This document shows positions 51,328 through 57,417 of a stretch of DNA of 57,417 bases, piece by piece; positions within the stretch are counted from its first letter, which is position 1, and every line of letters begins with the position of its first letter. Source of the stretch: a virus; the IMG/VR virus record IMGVR_UViG_3300029581_000016; one strand, 5' to 3'. The position numbers and the translations under genes were made by a program. The notes beneath the pieces were generated by a model, which was given only the letters and a program-made list of their open reading frames with translations, searched no databases and was not told the DNA's origin.

Positions 51328-53271
51328 ATGAATATTAAGCTTTTGAACATGAGGGTTGAGAACTTCATGTGTTACGCAAGTAAGGATTTTGATTTTTACG
51401 CCATTACTAAGCTCATGGCGAAGAACGGTGTCGGCAAGTCAACAATAGCCACGGCATATCTGTGGTGCTTGTTTAACTGCGATTATGAGTTGAAAGATAA
51501 TCCGGTTGTCAGAAGAGAAGTTGACGGAGTATCTGTTGATGATATGGACGTGTCGGTCGAACTTGTACTTGATGTTGACGGAAAAGAAATCACTATGAAG
51601 AAAGTGCAGAAGCGTACTTATAAAGAAGCTGTAAAAGATGGAAAAATTGTAACAACTGTCAGTGATAATAACTCTTATTACATCAACAGCGTTTTTAAGA
51701 CTTTAACAGCATTTAATGAGTATCTGGGCATTAATATGAAGATGTTTAAGGCTTGCAGTAATATCAATGCTTTTCTTAGTAGAAAGCCGGATGAAATGAG
51801 AGAATATCTTTTCAGTTTAATTGAAAGTGTTACGGACTTAGATATGGCAAGGTCAAGAAAAGGGTTGGCAGAATTAGTACCAATGCTCGAAAAATACACC
51901 GTCGAAGAAATCCGCTCAATGAATAAATTAATTTCGTCTAATGTTGACAAGCAATCGCCTGTTATTGACGGACAGATTAAGGAAAAGGAAAGAGATATTC
52001 AGATTAAGTCTGACATTGATACATCTGACCTTGAACTGCTTAGAAACAGCCTTAAAGAGCAGATTGCTGATTGCATTGCAAAGCAGACTGACAATGACAA
52101 GCTGTTAGCTGAATATGATAAGGCTAGTGCTGATATTCTTGACTTGAAGTTTAAGCAGGGAGACTTATCACGCAAGGCTAACGAGGACAATATCAAGGTT
52201 AGGCGAGAGATTGAGGACAAGATTTCCAATAAAAAGTTTCTTATTAAGCAGACGGAAAAGACTATCGGCGAGACAGAGAGCTGTATTGAGCTGTCAAAGA
52301 AAATCATTGAGAGTATAACCGAATATCTCGATGTAGAACGCAAGAAGTGGACTGAGGAGAATAACCGCCAGTTTGACGAAAACAGTCTTATCTGCCCTTA
52401 CTGCGGTAGTGAATACAGTGAGGACAAGAAAGAACAGTTGAAAGCCGACTTCAAGAAGCACAAGGCAGACACGTTAAAAGCTATCACGGATAACGGAAAC
52501 CTTTATGCTGACAGACTTAGCGAAGAGAAGAAAACACTTGCAGACCTCGAAGCAGAGTTGCCGGAGCATGAGGAAAGTCTTGGGATGCTGAATACAGCTA
52601 TCGAAGTTCTTACAGAGCAGTTGACGGAATTGCCGCAGGAGATTGATATTACCGATTCAGAAGAATACAAGGCACTTGAAAAGCAGATAGCTGAAAAGGA
52701 ACAGGCTATGCACAAGGCTAATGACATTTCAAGTGTCAAGGCTGAATTAAAGGCACAGGAAAGCGAACTTAGGCAGCAGTTGTCAGAGTGTGAGCGCAAG
52801 ATAGCTGAAAGCAACACAGAAAAAGACGAACAGCGACTTGAAGAATTAAGGGCAGAACAGCGTACACAGGAGCAGAACAAGACTAATGCTGGAAAAATCC
52901 TTGACTTGCTTGATGAACTGGATAAGGTGAAGAACGAAGCATTGTCTGACAGCATTAACAGTCACTTCTCACTTGTTAAGTGGAAGTTGTTTGAACTGAA
53001 CAAGTCGGGCGGTTACAAGTCAGTTTGCATACCGACAGTTGATGGAAAGTCGATTCTTACCACTATGAGCAATAAGGGCAACAGAATTTTAGGCAGAGTT
53101 GATATTTGTAACTCAATTCAGAAGATTAGCGGTATGTCAGTACCTATTATCTTAGATGATAGTGAGAGCCTTGACAACACTAATCAGAAGAAAGTTGCTG
53201 AAATGGTTGATAGTCAGTTGATTATGCTGGTTGTTGATGATAGCGAGAAATTAGAGATTGTGGAGGGGTAA
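51328..53271 (+). CDS. Rad50/SbcC-like AAA ATPase with coiled coil and zinc hook
   Basis: Walker A KNGVGKST, a long coiled coil with a central CPYCG hook, and a Walker B/D-loop PIILDDSESLD. Confidence 0.8.
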   Translation: MNIKLLNMRVENFMCYASKDFDFYAITKLMAKNGVGKSTIATAYLWCLFNCDYELKDNPVVRREVDGVSVDDMDVSVELVLDVDGKEITMKKVQKRTYKEAVKDGKIVTTVSDNNSYYINSVFKTLTAFNEYLGINMKMFKACSNINAFLSRKPDEMREYLFSLIESVTDLDMARSRKGLAELVPMLEKYTVEEIRSMNKLISSNVDKQSPVIDGQIKEKERDIQIKSDIDTSDLELLRNSLKEQIADCIAKQTDNDKLLAEYDKASADILDLKFKQGDLSRKANEDNIKVRREIEDKISNKKFLIKQTEKTIGETESCIELSKKIIESITEYLDVERKKWTEENNRQFDENSLICPYCGSEYSEDKKEQLKADFKKHKADTLKAITDNGNLYADRLSEEKKTLADLEAELPEHEESLGMLNTAIEVLTEQLTELPQEIDITDSEEYKALEKQIAEKEQAMHKANDISSVKAELKAQESELRQQLSECERKIAESNTEKDEQRLEELRAEQRTQEQNKTNAGKILDLLDELDKVKNEALSDSINSHFSLVKWKLFELNKSGGYKSVCIPTVDGKSILTTMSNKGNRILGRVDICNSIQKISGMSVPIILDDSESLDNTNQKKVAEMVDSQLIMLVVDDSEKLEIVEG

Positions 53272-53272
53272 T

Positions 53273-53437
53273 ATGAAGAAATCAAAAGCGGAAACGATAG
53301 CATATGCAATTAAAAAAGAGTGTCAAAGAACATCTTTAATTGATTGGTGCGACAGTTGGGATATTACGACAGATGAATTTGACGAATTTTTAGCACTTGC
53401 AGTAGACAATGCAGAGTCATCGGAAAGTGAGGAGTAA
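53273..53437 (+). CDS. small acidic protein (54 aa)
   Basis: RBS ggagggg. Below the track cutoff. Confidence 0.45.
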   Translation: MKKSKAETIAYAIKKECQRTSLIDWCDSWDITTDEFDEFLALAVDNAESSESEE

Positions 53438-53439
53438 AA

Positions 53440-54039
53440 ATGAGCAAGGCGTTAGATATGGCAAGAGAGCTTGTCAAGCAGTTAGAAGAAGCTGAAAAAG
53501 CTAACAAAGTACAGTTATTGGAGCTTAAACCGGGCGAGGTATTCAAGATAGGAGAGCATGATTTTATTGTGCTTGAACAGAAGAATGGAGCTACAAAGGT
53601 AATATCTAAGGGCTTCATGACAGGTAGTACTGACTTTGACAAAGATACACGAGATTACAGCAAGTCAAACCTCAAGGAAGTTATTGAGAGCGAGATACAG
53701 CCTATTATTGAAGCTGAATTAGGAGCAGATAATCTTGTCGAGCATATTGTTGATTTAACTTCAGTTGATATGCAGCATGAGTTTGAGCCTTGCACTTGCA
53801 AGGTAAGACCTATCACGTTTGATGAAGCAAGGCAGTACAATGTTTTACTTGTTAATAAGGATTTAGACAATTGGTGGTGGACATGCACACCTTGGTCTAC
53901 GGAAGAAAGAGGTCATCTGTACGCAATAGCCGCTGTTTATCCATCTGGCGATTTCAGCTACTACAGCTATGACTCCTTCAACGGCATTCGCCCAGTTTGT
54001 ATCTTAAAATCTAATATCTTTGTATCGAGAGGAGAATGA
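53440..54039 (+). CDS. DUF6273-like protein, copy 1
   Basis: C-terminus WWWTCTPW....GIRPVCILKSNIF. Confidence 0.55.
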   Translation: MSKALDMARELVKQLEEAEKANKVQLLELKPGEVFKIGEHDFIVLEQKNGATKVISKGFMTGSTDFDKDTRDYSKSNLKEVIESEIQPIIEAELGADNLVEHIVDLTSVDMQHEFEPCTCKVRPITFDEARQYNVLLVNKDLDNWWWTCTPWSTEERGHLYAIAAVYPSGDFSYYSYDSFNGIRPVCILKSNIFVSRGE

Positions 54040-54665
54040 CAATTATGGCTACATTGACAATGGAGATGTTACAGGAACAGATAACCGAATTAAGCAATAA
54101 GATAGCTGCACTTGAAGGTAATGTTAAGGTTAAGGCAAGAAAGCGTTTTACTGGGTCAAAGGTCGGAGATACATTTGAGCTTGCAGGGCTTAACTGGAAG
54201 ATACTTGATATTACGGATGAGGGTTATATGTGCCTTGCGGACACGCTTACAGACAAGATAGTATTTGATGAAAATTCTAATAACTGGGTTCAGAGCCAGT
54301 TAAGAGAATACCTCAATACAGAATTTGTCGAGAAGATTGCCGATGAGATAGGAGAAGAGAACATTGCCTTATTTAAGCGAGACTTGCTTTCGCTTGATGG
54401 ACAGACCGAGTATGGCGAGTGTGAAGATAAGGTATCGCTTCTTACGCTTGACGAATACCGCAAGTACAGAAGCCTTATACCTAACACAGATGACTACTGG
54501 TGGCGTTTGATTACGCCGTGGGGCACGGCTTGTAATAACGACTGGAGTACTGTTACTGTCACTGTTACTTCGTCCGGCAATATCATTATGCGTTATTGTG
54601 ATGACTACTACAGTGTTCGCCCAGTTTGTATCTTTTCCTCTTCAATCTTTAAATCAGAGGAATAG
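54036..54665 (+). CDS. DUF6273-like protein, copy 2
   Basis: C-terminus YWWRLITPW....SVRPVCIFSSSIF. Tandem paralogue with an ATGA overlap. Confidence 0.55.
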   Translation: MTIMATLTMEMLQEQITELSNKIAALEGNVKVKARKRFTGSKVGDTFELAGLNWKILDITDEGYMCLADTLTDKIVFDENSNNWVQSQLREYLNTEFVEKIADEIGEENIALFKRDLLSLDGQTEYGECEDKVSLLTLDEYRKYRSLIPNTDDYWWRLITPWGTACNNDWSTVTVTVTSSGNIIMRYCDDYYSVRPVCIFSSSIFKSEE

Positions 54666-54705
54666 CAGAACATTAAAATAAATCAATTAGAAAGGTAAAA
54701 AAATT

Positions 54706-55776
54706 ATGGCAGAGAATACAGCAGTTGCAGAGAAGAAAGCATTTACCACCTCATTAAGTGAGTGGAGTAATGCAATCACAGGTCTTATCATTGATGATTA
54801 CAAGTCTTGCGGAATGAATATGGATGATTATGCAAAAGAGTGTGCTATGGAAGCTATGACAAGCATATTTAATCTTGTTAAGAGTGACCCTAAGATTAAC
54901 ATGGGAAACCTTGATACAAGTAATTTAAGGGGCATTGTTAAGCGTTGTGCAAGCCTTAAATTAAATGCTAGTGCATATCCAAGAGAGTGCTATTTTCAGT
55001 TAAGAAATGTAAAGGTGGGAACTGACCCACAGACAGGCAAGGATATATGGCAGAAACAGGTTGAAATGGGAATTGAGGGTACAGGTTATGATTCTTTGCT
55101 CGCCAACTATGGAAAAGATGTTAAACAGGTATATCCATATTGGGTAATTAAAGAGGGCGACAAGTACATACCACCTAAGCATAAAGGACTTACAGTTACA
55201 GAGCCAGAGTGGGAAGAAAGCGGATTATCTGATAAAGCTGTAAGAGTTGTATATCCTGTTAAGCTGTTAGACGGAACAGTAACATATCTTTCTGCTGATA
55301 GAGACAGCGTTAAGGTAAATCTGTTAGCACATGTTAAGCAAAACCTAATGAACGAGACTTTTGGTATTTGTGAGGATAGATACCACGCTGTTGCAAAGCA
55401 GAAAGCAGAAATTAAGGCTAAGAAAGACGAGATACTTAATGCCTTAAGAGCGTGCAAGACAGTAGATGAAATGCTTGAATGTGAGATTGCAAGACCTTTT
55501 ATAAGCGGTGCTTGGCTTGATACTCCGGAGAGCATGATACAGAGAAAAATGTGCAACAATGCAACAAGGAAATACCCTAAGAACTATGACCCAATGGCAC
55601 GACAGGCACAGGTTGAAATGGATGCGGTATATCAAGTTACACAGGCTGAAATTGCCGAAAATGCCAATATTGTTGAGTTTATAGAAGATAAGGCAGATGT
55701 AGTTGACTCCACAGACACAGAAGCAACCGAAAAACAGGCAGAAGATAGCACACTACCGCCATTTATGCAGGAGTAA
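54706..55776 (+). CDS. RecT-like single-strand annealing protein
   Basis: Pattern ..KRCASLKLNAS...CYFQLR......Q.EMGIEGTGYDSLL....V.....VIKEGD.. resembles RecT. Acidic C-terminal tail. Confidence 0.6.
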   Translation: MAENTAVAEKKAFTTSLSEWSNAITGLIIDDYKSCGMNMDDYAKECAMEAMTSIFNLVKSDPKINMGNLDTSNLRGIVKRCASLKLNASAYPRECYFQLRNVKVGTDPQTGKDIWQKQVEMGIEGTGYDSLLANYGKDVKQVYPYWVIKEGDKYIPPKHKGLTVTEPEWEESGLSDKAVRVVYPVKLLDGTVTYLSADRDSVKVNLLAHVKQNLMNETFGICEDRYHAVAKQKAEIKAKKDEILNALRACKTVDEMLECEIARPFISGAWLDTPESMIQRKMCNNATRKYPKNYDPMARQAQVEMDAVYQVTQAEIAENANIVEFIEDKADVVDSTDTEATEKQAEDSTLPPFMQE

Positions 55777-55780
55777 GCCT

Positions 55781-56170
55781 ATGAAATCAGCAAGTTTAGA
55801 ACAGATGATGGCTAATATGAATAATGGCACTTATGACTTGACTTGTAACGGAGAATGTACTCAATGCGGTAATTGTTGTAGTAACTTACTTCCTATGACA
55901 GAAGATGAAATTGCAACAATCCGCAGGTACATCAAAAAACATCATATCAAGCAACATAGACATAATTATCCGACAGCTACACCAACAATGGATATGACTT
56001 GTCCGTTTCTTAATGATGATAAGCCAAAAGAAAAGTGCGAGATTTATTCAGTTAGACCAAGGATTTGCAGAGAGTTTATCTGCTATCCGAGTAAAAGACC
56101 ACCGATTGATGATTGGGATTACAAATTAAAGTGTAAGGCAGTTGATGTTAGAAAGGAGTTTTACGGATGA
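55781..56170 (+). CDS. YkgJ-type cysteine-cluster (zinc/iron-chelating) protein
   Basis: CTQCGNCCSN ... CPFL ... C.IY..RP.ICR.F.C. Confidence 0.6.
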   Translation: MKSASLEQMMANMNNGTYDLTCNGECTQCGNCCSNLLPMTEDEIATIRRYIKKHHIKQHRHNYPTATPTMDMTCPFLNDDKPKEKCEIYSVRPRICREFICYPSKRPPIDDWDYKLKCKAVDVRKEFYG

Positions 56171-56520
56171 GAGTAATTTCACAGGACGGAACATTAGATT
56201 TCCCTTATGAATTATCTACGATTCGTGTATATAATGAAATAATTTCGATGGGAATGTGCAAAGATGATTCTTGCAGAAGCATAATTGCAAGATATTCCAC
56301 CGAAGCAAAGGCACTTAAGGCTATAGAAATGTTGAGAGGAACATATGCTGGTATGCCTATTATGATGCAGAATGTTGATATTTCAGAAGATGTGGCAAAG
56401 GAATTTGAAAGATTGAAGAAATGTGGTGTGCTGGTGAACGCAGAAAATCAGCCGTCAAAGGTAGATTTTGTCAACAATGCTGTTTTTCAGTTCCCACAGG
56501 ATGATGAAATCGAGGTGTGA
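56167..56520 (+). CDS. hypothetical protein (117 aa)
   Basis: ATGA overlap. Clean ORF. Confidence 0.55.
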   Translation: MRVISQDGTLDFPYELSTIRVYNEIISMGMCKDDSCRSIIARYSTEAKALKAIEMLRGTYAGMPIMMQNVDISEDVAKEFERLKKCGVLVNAENQPSKVDFVNNAVFQFPQDDEIEV

Positions 56521-56522
56521 GT

Positions 56523-57107
56523 ATGAGCATGTATAAAGATATGCCCTCGATACTGAAAGACGGACAGGCCGGAGATTTCAAACTCCAACATTACGAAATT
56601 TCAGATAATAACTTTTATGCAACTGTCCGATGCGGAATACCTCCTGGAGAATACGTGAGGCTTGTAAACGGATGTGAATGTGTAATGTCTGATACACCTA
56701 TGGAAAAGAAAACAAATGAAGATTTTGTTCGCAATGCACACGGAAATGTTCTTATTGGTGGTCTTGGGATAGGTCTTATTATTCTTGCAATACAGGATAA
56801 AGAAGATGTTAAGCAGATAACAGTTGTTGAGAAGAATCGTGAAGTCATTGAACTTGTTGGAAAGCAGTTACCACTTAATTTCAAAGTAAACATTGTGAAT
56901 GATGATGTGTTTGAATATAAGCCACTGATTAAGTATAACACGATTTATATTGATATATGGAACTATATTAACGAGGATGTTTACAACAAACAGATGAAGC
57001 CTTTAATTAATCGCTACAGGAAATATTTAGTTCCTAAAGCCGAAGATGAAAACAGGTATATTGATTGTTGGTGTAAAAGACAGGCTAAAAACGGAGAACG
57101 CATATGA
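56523..57107 (+). CDS. putative class I SAM-dependent methyltransferase-fold protein
   Basis: VLIGGLGIGL (motif I-like), VVEKN.EVI (motif II-like), DDVFEY, YIDIW. Confidence 0.45.
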   Translation: MSMYKDMPSILKDGQAGDFKLQHYEISDNNFYATVRCGIPPGEYVRLVNGCECVMSDTPMEKKTNEDFVRNAHGNVLIGGLGIGLIILAIQDKEDVKQITVVEKNREVIELVGKQLPLNFKVNIVNDDVFEYKPLIKYNTIYIDIWNYINEDVYNKQMKPLINRYRKYLVPKAEDENRYIDCWCKRQAKNGERI

Positions 57108-57417
57108 AACTTAAATGTATCGCAACAGGAAGTACAGGTAATTGCTACACCTTAACTTCCGACAGTGGAGAAACACTTATCCTTGATTGTGGAATACCGA
57201 TTAAGGAGATTAAGAAAGGCTTGAATTGGAATGTTAAAGATGTTGTGGGTACGATATGTACCCACAGCCACCAAGACCATAGTAAATCGGTTAAAGACTT
57301 AAACAATATGGGTATTCCTGTATGCACACCATATAAGAAGTTACTTATGAGCCAGTTTTTGTCTAACTCATATTTCACAGTCAGAACATTTGACTTAACA
57401 ACAGTAGATGGCAGATG
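57104..57417 (+). CDS. MBL-fold metallo-hydrolase, N-terminal part (continues at base 2)
   Basis: ATGA overlap. TLILDCG...THSHQDHS motif. The frame runs off the window end into the repeat. Confidence 0.75.
   Translation, partial: MKLKCIATGSTGNCYTLTSDSGETLILDCGIPIKEIKKGLNWNVKDVVGTICTHSHQDHSKSVKDLNNMGIPVCTPYKKLLMSQFLSNSYFTVRTFDLTTVDGR
57319..57417. repeat. Terminal direct repeat: copy of 1-99
   Basis: Exact 99-nt identity, read directly. Confidence 0.95.

Overview
The window is one complete, circularly closed phage genome. Bases 1-99 are identical to 57319-57417, so the unit length is 57,318 bp, and one MBL-fold hydrolase gene runs across the junction. It looks like a temperate siphovirus-type phage of a low-GC Gram-positive host, probably Clostridia-like; the host call is an inference from protein families only.

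Almost everything is on the + strand. In order:
- 0.5-11.2 kb: early, replication and modification genes. These include SSB, YopX, a GIY-YIG nuclease, a C5 cytosine methyltransferase split into two ORFs, a replisome organizer, and small HTH and sigma-region-4 regulators.
- 11.36-12.72 kb: a large serine recombinase.
- 12.9-16.5 kb: a cargo operon of compositionally extreme proteins.
- 16.9-19.7 kb: a visibly more GC-rich, mirror-symmetric cassette built around a small HTH repressor with duplicated promoter/operators and a duplicated tRNA-T-arm-like element.
- 20.3-38.8 kb: the packaging and morphogenesis module. It contains terS, a five-tRNA array, terL, portal, scaffold, capsid, connectors, an embedded holin pair, tail tube, frameshifted chaperones, and a tape measure gene that appears to be interrupted by an ORF-less group I-like intron.
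- 38.8-43.1 kb: a regulatory/moron island (Rha, lipoprotein, RHH, ORF6N).
- 43.1-48 kb: an M23+SPOR lysin, a distal tail protein and a long tail fibre with an S74 chaperone domain.
- 48.5-49.3 kb: a CI/Cro-like switch.
- 51.3-57.4 kb: a recombination module (Rad50/SbcC-like ATPase, RecT-like, Cys-cluster protein, MBL hydrolase).

All functional calls come from motifs read in the translated ORFs and from memory of the families. No database search or RNA folding program was run. Start codons were chosen by eye from Shine-Dalgarno spacing. No CRISPR array, reverse transcriptase or transposase was seen.
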